From positions 1 to 64,000 of IMG/VR virus record IMGVR_UViG_3300029243_000160: 64,000 nucleotides of DNA; one strand, 5' to 3'. Source of the DNA: a virus. The position numbers and the translations under genes were made by a program. The notes under the pieces are model-generated. The model worked only from the letters and a program-made list of their open reading frames with translations, had not been told where the DNA came from and searched no databases. Below are positions 41,752 through 51,600 of the stretch, piece after piece (position 1 is the first letter of the stretch; every line of letters starts with the position of its first letter).

Positions 41752-43110
41752 TCAGTTATTTTCTTCTGTGCTTGATTCTGTATCAGGCAAGCTTTCCTGC
41801 TCCGTTTCTTCGGAAGATTCTTCACTGGTTGCGTCTGTTTCGGAATTTTCTCCAGTGTCAGCAGTATCTTCCGGAGATTGCGAAACCTTCGCTTCTTCTA
41901 CCACGCCGACCAGACTATTGATAACAACCATGTCTTCCAAGCTCTTTGTGATTGAGGAATCCGCATCAGAACGTGCATAAATGAAACGCTCATAGCTGTC
42001 AGAAAGCTTGTTGTAGGTAGTTGCCACCAGAATGCCGTCCTTGTAAACGATTGCCTGCTGGAGAGCCTTGTCTTCAAACACCCACTTTTCATTCATGTCC
42101 GCAGGAGCGTGGAAGAACATACTGTCTTTTTCTCCGTAGTAGAACGCAACGTCACCATACTCATTCATGAACGGATATTTCTGCATCAATTCGTTTTTCT
42201 TGATGTTTGCGTTCAATTCTGTAGCAGACGTGCTTTCAACTTCCGGAAGTTCTTCATAAGGCGTAAAAGTGCTTCTCATACCATCTTTCACAAGCTTAGA
42301 GTAGTAGAACTCTTTTACCTCACGATTTCGCATATCCACATACTGCACGGTATCAGATTTCTGCGAATCTTTCTTTTCTGTCTTTGTCGCCACTTCTGTT
42401 TTGTCGCCATTAACAGGCTTCAAAACAACAACCAGCCGTTCACGATTTGTCTGAATTGCAAAAGTGTCATCATCAACTCGCTGATACTCAAAAAGTTGCG
42501 TTGTGATGTCAGGTAACGTAGCATCTACTGTTGCAGTAGCATATGCCTTGCACCAATCCTTATCGCAGTCATATAAAATTCTGTAGTTTGCGGTTAAACC
42601 TGTAGAATTATCGCTCGACATAAGCAATGGGTCTGTGATGCTTACTCCGGCTACACTATAATCATCTTTCTCATTTCTTGTAACCTTTGCGGTAAGTCCC
42701 TCATCTCCACCTGCGGAAAAAGAACTTGTTTCACTTGCCATTTGAGAAATAACTGTGTCCCAGTCTGTTTCTTCCTCATTGAACCACTGTGTGTCTGTGA
42801 TGATTGGTGTGTCCAAAAAAGTGGACACAAAATCCTGATAGCCGTCTGCTGTCCAATATGAGTTAGGACTGGTTTCTCGTACAGCGGTGTTGTTGGATTT
42901 CATCTGCTCCATAACATTCAAAACGCTATCCTTCAATGTCAATGTGCGAATCACGCCACCACGATAGTCGTTCTGCTGTAATTCCTGACCTGTTTTGTCT
43001 GTGGCATTCGATGTCTGAGTGCCTGCACTGCCAGAGCCACAGCCAACAAGAGAAAACGTCAGACCTGCTGCCAAAACAGCAGAAGCAATCCGTTTGTTCC
43101 ATTTGTTCAT
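41752..43110 (-). CDS. lipoprotein
   Basis: Signal peptide with lipobox (TFSLVGCGS). Acidic C-terminal tail. Confidence 0.6.
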   Translation of the reverse strand: MNKWNKRIASAVLAAGLTFSLVGCGSGSAGTQTSNATDKTGQELQQNDYRGGVIRTLTLKDSVLNVMEQMKSNNTAVRETSPNSYWTADGYQDFVSTFLDTPIITDTQWFNEEETDWDTVISQMASETSSFSAGGDEGLTAKVTRNEKDDYSVAGVSITDPLLMSSDNSTGLTANYRILYDCDKDWCKAYATATVDATLPDITTQLFEYQRVDDDTFAIQTNRERLVVVLKPVNGDKTEVATKTEKKDSQKSDTVQYVDMRNREVKEFYYSKLVKDGMRSTFTPYEELPEVESTSATELNANIKKNELMQKYPFMNEYGDVAFYYGEKDSMFFHAPADMNEKWVFEDKALQQAIVYKDGILVATTYNKLSDSYERFIYARSDADSSITKSLEDMVVINSLVGVVEEAKVSQSPEDTADTGENSETDATSEESSEETEQESLPDTESSTEENN

Positions 43111-43138
43111 ATAATTTCCTCGTTTCTGTTTAATAAGA

Positions 43139-43167
43139 AAGGGGCTAACTTTTTCAATTAGCCCCTT
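43139..43167 (-). terminator. intrinsic terminator after the Maff2-like gene
   Basis: 10-bp stem AAGGGGCTAA/TTAGCCCCTT, with a U-rich tract on the gene strand. Confidence 0.55.
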
Positions 43168-43239
43168 CCGTTGTGAAGTCTTACTTATTCACCCTGTCGT
43201 TTGGGTTTTCTTTTTGAATAAAAGAATGTATGCAAGTAT

Positions 43240-43620
43240 TTATTCACCCACAATCTTGATGGCAACCAGAATGGACTTCAATGCAGTCATAACAATGCCT
43301 GCCAGAGCCATGATAATGCCCTTGGTCTTTGCTTCCGGCTGGTTCTGCATAAAGGACATTACAACCTCATAAACGCCGTACACAACCAGTGCAACGCCGA
43401 CAAAGCGAGTAATGGTCAGCAAAATGCCGATAATCTTGCCCATCATCGTGCTTGCATCGGTGCCTCCATTCGCTGTCACCTTAACATCTTCGCCGAAGCT
43501 TGCAAATGCTGTTGTAGCACTCATGCTCGCCATAGCAGACATGATGCCTGCACCAGTCATAATCTTGCGGAACAGACCGCACTTCTTTTTCTTAGTAGTT
43601 GTCATTGCTGTAGTCTTCAT
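43240..43620 (-). CDS. Maff2-family small membrane protein (pilin-like T4SS component)
   Basis: Signal-like N-terminus, two TM helices and an NQPEAKTKGI loop, as in Maff2 proteins of Firmicutes ICEs. Start at MKTTAM. Confidence 0.55.
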   Translation of the reverse strand: MKTTAMTTTKKKKCGLFRKIMTGAGIMSAMASMSATTAFASFGEDVKVTANGGTDASTMMGKIIGILLTITRFVGVALVVYGVYEVVMSFMQNQPEAKTKGIIMALAGIVMTALKSILVAIKIVGE

Positions 43621-43672
43621 CTCAAACAATTCCTTTCTGTATGAAAAAATGTGTGTTAGAACAATCACAGCT

Positions 43673-44077
43673 TTATGAGATAAGCCGTTCTTTGTCCTGC
43701 TTATTTATCTTAGCTGGCGGTGCTGTTTGAATAACATTCCACTCATCAGCAGGGATAACATAGTCATCGCCGTATTCCTTTTTGATTTCTTCGGGGTCGT
43801 ACACAAAGTCTGTTTCATTGATGTAACATTGTGTACTCAGCTTTTCCCTTCCAACCGTTCGGAGAAAATCCCAAGCAGGCATTCCATACGGTTTGAAAAA
43901 ACCAAAGAACAAAATCAATCCGGCAGGCGGTATTGCAATTTCAATGCTTCCTGTCAGCTTGTAAGTCAAAAATCCTACAGCCGCACCAGCAGCAAGAAAC
44001 GCCGCTTCTTTGAAGGAGAAATTGCCAATATCCTTTGTTTTGTATTTTCTGATGTCTTGTCCAATCAGAATTTCCAT
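43673..44077 (-). CDS. PrgI-family (VirB3-like) T4SS membrane protein
   Basis: N-terminal QDIRKYKTKDIGNFSFKEAAFLAAGAAVGFL matches the PrgI pattern (PKD...K-K...T-RQ + TM). Confidence 0.6.
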   Translation of the reverse strand: MEILIGQDIRKYKTKDIGNFSFKEAAFLAAGAAVGFLTYKLTGSIEIAIPPAGLILFFGFFKPYGMPAWDFLRTVGREKLSTQCYINETDFVYDPEEIKKEYGDDYVIPADEWNVIQTAPPAKINKQDKERLIS

Positions 44078-44095
44078 TGCCTTTCACTCCTTTCA

Positions 44096-44124
44096 CTATA
44101 TATATGTAAGAATTAAAGGAAAAA
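44096..44124 (-). promoter_or_regulatory. class-R motif copy (CCTTTAATTCTTACATATATA on gene strand)
   Basis: Related to the 36-nt motif at 48537 and 62270. Lies directly after a terminator and before prgI. Confidence 0.3.
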
Positions 44125-44142
44125 CGGAGCGTTTCTGCTCCG
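44117..44142 (-). terminator. intrinsic terminator after the VirB6-like gene
   Basis: ACGGAGC-loop-GCUCCGU followed by U5. Confidence 0.55.
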
Positions 44143-44174
44143 TTTCTGAAAATTATTTTGTGAACTTTTTTCTT

Positions 44175-45032
44175 TTACGCTCCAAGTGCTTCTTTGCTCA
44201 CTTGTTTTGCAACATTAGATGCTGCAATTGCTGCAAACGGTGCTACCAGATACATCAGCAAGCAGCTCAATCCTGCCACGATGTCAGGGTCGCCACCAGC
44301 ACCTGTAAGAGCCGCCAGCTGTTCTGTTGTCATCGCAGTCGCAAGTGTTAAAGCAATCCGAGGCAACGCAACCAGTGCCACACCATAAAGCCCAAGTGCA
44401 AGGAATCCTTTGATATAGCGAATTGCGTTGGAGTGTCTGCCACCATAAATGTCAGCCACTGCAATCGGCAAAACAGAAAGTCTGAACAGCAGTTCCAACT
44501 TATACATCATGCCCTTGTACCACCATACCAATTTCAGTACCAATCCGATAATTGCTGTAAGCATTAGGATAATCAGCACAACAAGCAAAATGAAGAAACC
44601 AAGTTTCCCAAACATCTCCATCAGCTTTGTCATGACTTCTGCAAGGTCGGCTTGTGTTGTATCTCCGGCTTTTGCAAGATTTGAAATTTTTGTGATGAAT
44701 GTATCATTGAACATGATAATGCTCGAAACAATTTTTCCGCTTTGTGATATAACTGCAATTGCAACCATCAATTTCAAAAATGGTGCAAAGAAGCTCTTCA
44801 TCGTCAAATCTCTGCCTTCCAAGGCGAGCTTTTCGTTCATTTCCATCAGGAAATAGACCAAAGTAAAAGCAATGCCTGCAATAGCCAAATAGTTGTATAT
44901 TTCTTTGACAATAGAGGTCATTTTATCCCAGTCTCCACCGCCTTGAATTGTGACATACTTTGCGTCAAGGCTACACGCCTGTGCAATTACTGTTGTCACC
45001 AAGTTCAGCACCCACTCAACCGCTTTTTTCAT
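44175..45032 (-). CDS. polytopic membrane protein, VirB6/TrbL-like T4SS channel component
   Basis: 285 aa with at least 6 TM helices. Position between VirD4 and PrgI. Confidence 0.55.
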   Translation of the reverse strand: MKKAVEWVLNLVTTVIAQACSLDAKYVTIQGGGDWDKMTSIVKEIYNYLAIAGIAFTLVYFLMEMNEKLALEGRDLTMKSFFAPFLKLMVAIAVISQSGKIVSSIIMFNDTFITKISNLAKAGDTTQADLAEVMTKLMEMFGKLGFFILLVVLIILMLTAIIGLVLKLVWWYKGMMYKLELLFRLSVLPIAVADIYGGRHSNAIRYIKGFLALGLYGVALVALPRIALTLATAMTTEQLAALTGAGGDPDIVAGLSCLLMYLVAPFAAIAASNVAKQVSKEALGA

Positions 45033-45055
45033 ATGTTTTTGCTCCTTTCGTTGAA

Positions 45056-46903
45056 TTATGTTGTAGGCATTATGCCTGTAACATCTTTTTCTTCATCTGT
45101 ATTCAGATTCCTGTAATACAGCTCTGCATTGATTTTCTTCTTTTTGACTGCCTGAACGTCTTTCCAACGGCGATGCTCTGTCAAAAGAAGCTTTCTGCAA
45201 ACGTAAGGAGTAACATCACGAATAATGACAATCTCATCATCACGATTTTTCGCAGGGTCATTGATAGCACCGATTTCATCAATGCTCATGAGGTCTACTT
45301 CGGTCGGCGTGTATGACGTTGATACTCCTGATTGACTGGACGATGTTGACTTCTGACGAATTGTAGTCTTGCCAAGCATTTTCTGAATCTGTTCTTTATC
45401 TTCCTTTAAGATAGAACCAAGGAAAATCGTTGTATCTACATTGGCAAGCACGGTTTCATGTTCTCCGTCCTTATACATCGTTTTCAGCTGTCCAATATCC
45501 TGAATTACTACATGAGAGCCGATGCGGTACTTACGGCTTGTTGACAAAATCGTTAAGAAGTTCGGGATTTCACCGATATTCTTAAACTCGTCCAGCAAGA
45601 AGTTGATATGAATAGGAAGCGAAGGGTCGCCACCAGCAAACTCATCTCCAGCCCATATGTACATCTTGTCCATATCTTTGATAAGTGTTTCAAGCGGTTC
45701 TCGAAGAACGCTGGACTTGTAATACTTCATTCCTTTTCGTTTGCCGGAAGCATCTTTTTCCGGTGAATTGAAAGCAATGTGATAAATAGAAGTGTTATTC
45801 ACATAGGCTTCTTCAACAATATTATCCTCTGTCACAGTCTCATAAAACATCTTTGCTTCTTCTTCGGAATCGAAGTAATCGAACACCGGAGTTCCCACTC
45901 TGTACCCGATATGCCATTTTCCCCGAAGCTTTCGCTCTCCCAGTTCATAAAGCCGTCCATACAGCTGCGAATACAGCATCGCAATCAAGAAGTTGAACGC
46001 CTGATGCGACTGCGGAATACCAAGAAACAGATACGACTGCTGGGTTGCCATCTTGTCAATGTTGATATTCATGTTCTTGTACTTCTTATTGGTGCGAGTA
46101 ATCATGTCCACTTCATAAGTGGAGAATATCTGCAAATCGACCGCTGTAGTAATCAAGATGGTATTTGCTGTCTTCTGCGGAGCAATCAGGAACGTATCAT
46201 AATACAGCTTTGTTTTGTTGTTCGGGAAACGCTTGAAGAAATCGTCCAGCCGACAAGTAAGAGGTGATTTTGTTTTTCCATCATCGCTTACCTTTGCTTC
46301 CTGAACCAATTTCAAGATTGTAGAAAAGCATCTTCCACCGTTCAATCGCTGTGTTCTGCCACCTTTGATGCCTTCACAAGGGAATCCATCAAGGAGCAGG
46401 TCTTCATCTTCTTCCAGAACATAATAAATCAGTGCCGTCATGAATGCTTTTTCTGACTTGTCCCAGAAGGGGTCTCCACCGCCAGCTTCCTTGCCAGCCT
46501 TCGCATTTTTCATGTAAAGGTCTACCAGAATGTTGACCTGTGTTTCTGAGATGTTGCCATAGCTGTCAAACACATTCTCCAGCGGATTATAATTGTTAGA
46601 CAGCGTAAAGTCTGAGGCATTGAACAGGAATACGTTATATCCTTTGGAAAGCAGATACGGTGCAAACGAACGAAAAATATCTCCGGAAGGGTCTGTGACC
46701 ACCATAGAGCAGTTTTCCTGCAAGATGTTCGGTTTGATATATTTGAACGTCTTACCTGTACCAGTGCCACCGATAACCAGCACATTCGCTGAACGGTTGA
46801 CTTTCTTGTTATTTAACGACAGCCCCAAATATTCGCCTTTGTATACGCCAAACAGCATATTGTTGTCGATATAAGAGCTGTCTTGTACTTTACTTTTTGC
46901 CAA
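45056..46903 (-). CDS. virD4: VirD4/TraG-family type IV coupling protein
   Basis: Walker A (VIGGTGTGKTF) then MVVTDPSGDI, and Walker B (HINFLLDEF). 615 aa. Confidence 0.85.
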   Translation of the reverse strand: MAKSKVQDSSYIDNNMLFGVYKGEYLGLSLNNKKVNRSANVLVIGGTGTGKTFKYIKPNILQENCSMVVTDPSGDIFRSFAPYLLSKGYNVFLFNASDFTLSNNYNPLENVFDSYGNISETQVNILVDLYMKNAKAGKEAGGGDPFWDKSEKAFMTALIYYVLEEDEDLLLDGFPCEGIKGGRTQRLNGGRCFSTILKLVQEAKVSDDGKTKSPLTCRLDDFFKRFPNNKTKLYYDTFLIAPQKTANTILITTAVDLQIFSTYEVDMITRTNKKYKNMNINIDKMATQQSYLFLGIPQSHQAFNFLIAMLYSQLYGRLYELGERKLRGKWHIGYRVGTPVFDYFDSEEEAKMFYETVTEDNIVEEAYVNNTSIYHIAFNSPEKDASGKRKGMKYYKSSVLREPLETLIKDMDKMYIWAGDEFAGGDPSLPIHINFLLDEFKNIGEIPNFLTILSTSRKYRIGSHVVIQDIGQLKTMYKDGEHETVLANVDTTIFLGSILKEDKEQIQKMLGKTTIRQKSTSSSQSGVSTSYTPTEVDLMSIDEIGAINDPAKNRDDEIVIIRDVTPYVCRKLLLTEHRRWKDVQAVKKKKINAELYYRNLNTDEEKDVTGIMPTT

Positions 46904-46922
46904 AACTTACCCTCTTTTCTCT

Positions 46923-47813
46923 TTATTTTTCCATGAACTTATTCTTGTACACCTTAAAATCCCTTGAAGTGCCAAGGTGAGAAGAACCATGCTCATGTCC
47001 AACACGAGATTTTTTCTTCGCATCAGAATCCAGCCAGATAAACAAGCCGATTACGCCAAGGATTCCTGCTCCGATTGCAAACGCTCCAAAGAATGTTGCC
47101 GTGTCAAGTGGTGTTACTGAAATCGGTAGATTTTCTACTGTAAGCCAACTAAATGTGCATGACATAACACCGTTTGTCTTGCCACCTTTATAGTTGTAAT
47201 AAGAATTTGCTTCCACGCCAAAGAAAATTCCTACTGCACAGCAGGCTATCAAAAACAGGAACAGCTTTTTCAAGCCACCGCCTTGCGTTGACGGCTTTGC
47301 AAAAGACACTTTCGGCATCACAGCTGAATTTTTGTACTGCCGAGCATGAGGGTCTTTCGGAGAAGTTCGCTCCAGTTCCTCTGTTGCTCCCTTTAACGCA
47401 TCGAGAGCAATTCGTTTTCCCTCAATTTCAAGAGCCTGCTTATTGTCTTCTGATTCTTTTTGCAATTTTTCATTCTGCAAATCTTCTGCCGTTGCATATC
47501 GCACTTCGTCCTCGTGAACAACGTCTTCTGCTTTTACAGATTCATCAAGGACATTCTGTACTGCATTTGTCTGTGATTGAGAATCCACAGACTTCTGTAA
47601 ATTTGCAACCGTGTCCATATGTTTCGCCTGTTCCTGTGAAAAGAATCCTTTCTTTTCCATGTTGGTCATGACAGAAGTATCACAAATATTGCCGATTGTT
47701 TCGTAATCTTCGTCCTCGTCATTTGAGGCAGCAGGCTGTTGCTCCGGCAAAGAACCAGTGGCGAATATGTCTTCATAATCTTCTGTGAAGTTGCTAAACT
47801 TTTTTTCGCTCAT
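46923..47813 (-). CDS. membrane protein
   Basis: Start MSEKKF via ATGA overlap with the upstream stop. Acidic N-terminal half and two C-terminal TM helices. Confidence 0.45.
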   Translation of the reverse strand: MSEKKFSNFTEDYEDIFATGSLPEQQPAASNDEDEDYETIGNICDTSVMTNMEKKGFFSQEQAKHMDTVANLQKSVDSQSQTNAVQNVLDESVKAEDVVHEDEVRYATAEDLQNEKLQKESEDNKQALEIEGKRIALDALKGATEELERTSPKDPHARQYKNSAVMPKVSFAKPSTQGGGLKKLFLFLIACCAVGIFFGVEANSYYNYKGGKTNGVMSCTFSWLTVENLPISVTPLDTATFFGAFAIGAGILGVIGLFIWLDSDAKKKSRVGHEHGSSHLGTSRDFKVYKNKFMEK

Positions 47814-48508
47814 TGATTTTTCTCCAATTTCCAAGTTTCTTCTGTGAAGTTGTCAGGTACAACTTCTTCGATGCTCTCTGCCGCCTTTTTGATGATGTAA
47901 AGCACCAGCTTAAATGTCGATGTCTGGTCAAGTTCCAATGCACGATACAGCAATTCTTTGTGCATCTGTTCATCAGAACCTTTTGAAGTGTAAAAGACGG
48001 AAAATTCTTTGTCCTTATAAGAAATTTCCCATGCTCCGATTTTGCATTCGCCATGAAGTACATAGTCCACAAAATACATAAAGCCGATGTCCTTCGCACT
48101 CTCCACTGGTTCAGCCAGATTGCTGGAAACAACACACTGTTCTGTAATTACCATCAGCTGAGAAATTACGCCCATGTCATTGATATACAATGGTTTGTTG
48201 GATTCCTTCGGCATATAGGTATGAATTACCTCTGTGTTGGAATACAACTCATAAGACTGCATCGAGCAAATTACTGGCGTATGGATTTCTGCCAGTTCTG
48301 CTTCGATTCGCTGAACGTCCACAAATTCACTGGTTACACCATAAATTTTCCTGAGTTCTACGCCAAACATTTTGTTTTGTACAGTTTCTACTGCACATTC
48401 CACCTTGTCCAAGTCGTATTTGTTTAGGATAAGATACAGCAGTAAGATTCGCTCTTTGTTGTCTTGCCTGCGGTATTTATTGAACATTTCTTCTGCCATA
48501 AGAAGCAC
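47810..48508 (-). CDS. hypothetical protein
   Basis: 232-aa ORF. Confidence 0.45.
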   Translation of the reverse strand: MLLMAEEMFNKYRRQDNKERILLLYLILNKYDLDKVECAVETVQNKMFGVELRKIYGVTSEFVDVQRIEAELAEIHTPVICSMQSYELYSNTEVIHTYMPKESNKPLYINDMGVISQLMVITEQCVVSSNLAEPVESAKDIGFMYFVDYVLHGECKIGAWEISYKDKEFSVFYTSKGSDEQMHKELLYRALELDQTSTFKLVLYIIKKAAESIEEVVPDNFTEETWKLEKNQ

Positions 48509-48536
48509 CTCTTTCTGTAAACAGGCATAACGATGC

Positions 48537-48572
48537 CTCTACCCTTTATATGTAAGGTTTAAGGGAAAAACA
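48537..48572 (-). promoter_or_regulatory. class-R motif copy (36 nt, 35/36 identical to 62270-62305)
   Basis: The gene strand reads TGTTTTTCCCTTAAACCTTACATATAAAGGGTAGAG. CCCTT/AAGGG arms flank a TATAAA. Confidence 0.4.
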
Positions 48573-48602
48573 AAACAGCCCCTGTGGAATGATTCCACAA
48601 GG
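48566..48602 (-). terminator. intrinsic terminator after the giant gene
   Basis: CUUGUGGAA/UUCCACAGG stem followed by a U-rich tract. Confidence 0.55.
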
Positions 48603-48623
48603 ACTGCCTTGCAACATTATTGC

Positions 48624-51600
48624 TTATTTTTCTTTACGAGCTTCCTCAAATGCCTTGTACTTGTCACAATCAAAACGATAAAGCCAAGTCTTGCCATCAG
48701 GATTCTTCACATAGTAGTATGTTTTTGTTTTACCGATATTGCAAAGTGACGTTGCATCGGTTCTACGCAGATAAATCGTGCCAATATCTTTGTTCGGACT
48801 AAGGTCTACCGTCAAAGACTGTCCTGCTTTAATGGTTGTACCATCAGACAATTCCAAATCTTCGTTCAGTTCACCGATGTAAACAACTGCCAAATCTCTC
48901 TTCATCATCAGCAGTGCTTCGTTTGAGCCAGAATTGTTGATTTCATTCACATCATTTGCATCAATATTTACATTATCGCTGCTCACCAATGCTCCAGCAC
49001 TAACGCTTCTGACATGACGGATAATGTCCGCTGGCAAATACAAGCTTGCACTCGGAGACTTGATTGCCTTCGAGTTATCAATCGTGTTGCTCTGAGTTGC
49101 TGTCTGTCCTGTCCATGAAGAATACATACGAATGAAATCCCATGCTGTTCCGGCAGTGCAGTTTGCATTAAAGTTTCTGTCAGCAGCTACACAATAGCTC
49201 TGAACCAGACCATGATTATGTCCATCTTCATCATTGTAATGAGCCTTGCCGACCCAGCTAAGAGCAATTCTTACCGCCTGTTCTCTGCTGTCATTAAAGC
49301 TTGAACCGTACTTCTTTTTCAAAGCATCTACGATTTTATCAATGTCTTCCTGACACAGGACTTTTGCACCGAGTTCAGTCGGAATGTCAAATTCATATAC
49401 ATCTTGCCAATCCATCGTCTGCCTCAAAACCGCAAGCGTCATGTTATCACCATTCCAGCCTTCGTAGTCGTCCCAATCCTTTGTACCAAAGCAGTTTGAA
49501 CCCTTCAAAACCATTTCATCAACGTCAAAGATGTCTCGGCATAGATACTGCTTATTTTCTTCACTGTCGGATTCACCAACAACATGGAAGCCTTCTTTCC
49601 AATTGCCACCTTCCACATACAAGTTCAGTCCATAGCTGTGTCCCATATAACTTCCTTGTACATCAGATGCTGGTGTTTCACTGCCACCAGACCAAGCCGC
49701 ATCAGAAACAGTGCCACTGTAGTTCACTTTATCCGTAATCACCTTGCCACGAATTTCATCATATCTGTCATCAGACCAATCCATCTGAACAGGGAACTGA
49801 TAATCTTCGTTGTATGTGCCAACAAGTGCAAGCTGTTCGTTTGTCATGGAGAATACGTTGCCTCTGGAGATAACACCAAGATGACCGCCACAATACTGGT
49901 AAGAATGTCCCTTACACTTTCTTGTCAGAGTAGTTGTACTATCTCGGTATATCTCAATAGAGCCATTCTCATAGCGATACTGTTTTTTATATTGTTTAAT
50001 GTTTGTATTCACTTGAATTGCAACTCTATACCAGATTACGCTTGTGAGCAAATCGTATTCATCTTGATACGATTGTCCAGTATATCCTCTCGCCGTCAAC
50101 ACTCTGCCAATCATGTAATTAAGGTCGTCCCAGCTCATGTAATTTGTAACAAAAGTAGTGTTGATATGATACACATTACCGCCTGCCTGATAACGATTTT
50201 TCACTTTTTGATATATTTTATCAATCGTTAGGTAGTTACCAGAGCTATCTTTCAAATAGTTATTGGCAAAATCATTCACGTCTTCATTTTTCGGAATTGG
50301 CATATAAAAATATGCTTTCTCTTTTCCGTTAATGTTATTGTAATTTGTCTGCTCTGCTGACACTTCGTCTTTCCAAGTATCGTTTGTCTTATCTGTAATC
50401 AAATGTGTGCTATCTGTATAATCAAGAATGGGAACTTCTGCTTTTCCGCCTTGCTCATACACATAGCCGTTTCCGGTTGTGTATTTTGTGGCATTTTGTA
50501 TGTATACACATCTTTTTTCCTGCTTGGACGATGTTTGAACTACATTGGTTTTCAATGTGCCAACATTCGGGTTGGAATTACTTTTGGTCGCAAAATCTTT
50601 TGTTAGTCTTGTGACAGAGTAATCTCCTTCCTCTCGGTAAATGTGATAAGCGTCATCTGGCAAATGGTATGTATCTCGATAGCTTCTCAATTTGTTCGAT
50701 ATATCTGTTTTCGCACCACTTTCAGAATCGAACCATTTGCCATTTTTGTTTTGCAAGTTGTAATTGAATATACCACCACTGATTCTAGCACTGCTCGGAT
50801 TAACAGTCTTGCTGCTCCAACACTTGCCACTGTGATTGCTTATCCAAGTAACAACTGCATCAAATGTTGTTTTGTTACTCGTCATACCAGACCATAAACA
50901 CAGGTCGTTCTTACTGCCGTTAAGGTTTTTGTTCGTATCAACAGTAATATCAAAAGCACCTGCATGATTGGTGTAATAGCGTTTGAAGTCAGAGCCAATG
51001 ATATAAGGCTGAGGGCTGTCGTCCGAACTACTTTCAATACCAACATAGAAATCTTCTACTTTTGGATTCGTGCAATAGCCCAGCTCTGCTGCCTCACTTT
51101 CTGACAAACTATCAATTTCGTACTTTGTCCCATCAACCTTTACAGTAGGATTGCCTAAGCGACTGCAATACTTCACGGTATAATCCCACGTCTGCTGATG
51201 TGATGCAGAAAACAGCGTTGCAGTATAGTTCTGCAATGTTTTGTAACTAAAGGTTGTTCCAGAAGCATCTGCCCATGTAATGTAATTCGGCTCAGTATCT
51301 TCTTTGCCACCAAACAAATTTTTGACAAACTCGCTGATGTTATTTCCTAACATCTTGAAAAATCCGGTGAATCTGTTTTTGAAGTTTTCCCAATTCAATT
51401 CCGCAGGAGACATTCCCAGAACATCGCCTAATTCTTTATCAGAATTTGCATCTGTTTCAAACTGGTACATTACATCAGTCATAGAGATAATATCTTTGAT
51501 ATTGCTGGTGTGTCCGCTTTCTGTTGAAGAATAGTACACTGCTTCATCGGCACTGGGACTGAGCTTTCCATAAAGGTTCGCATTTGCAGTCATTCTCAGC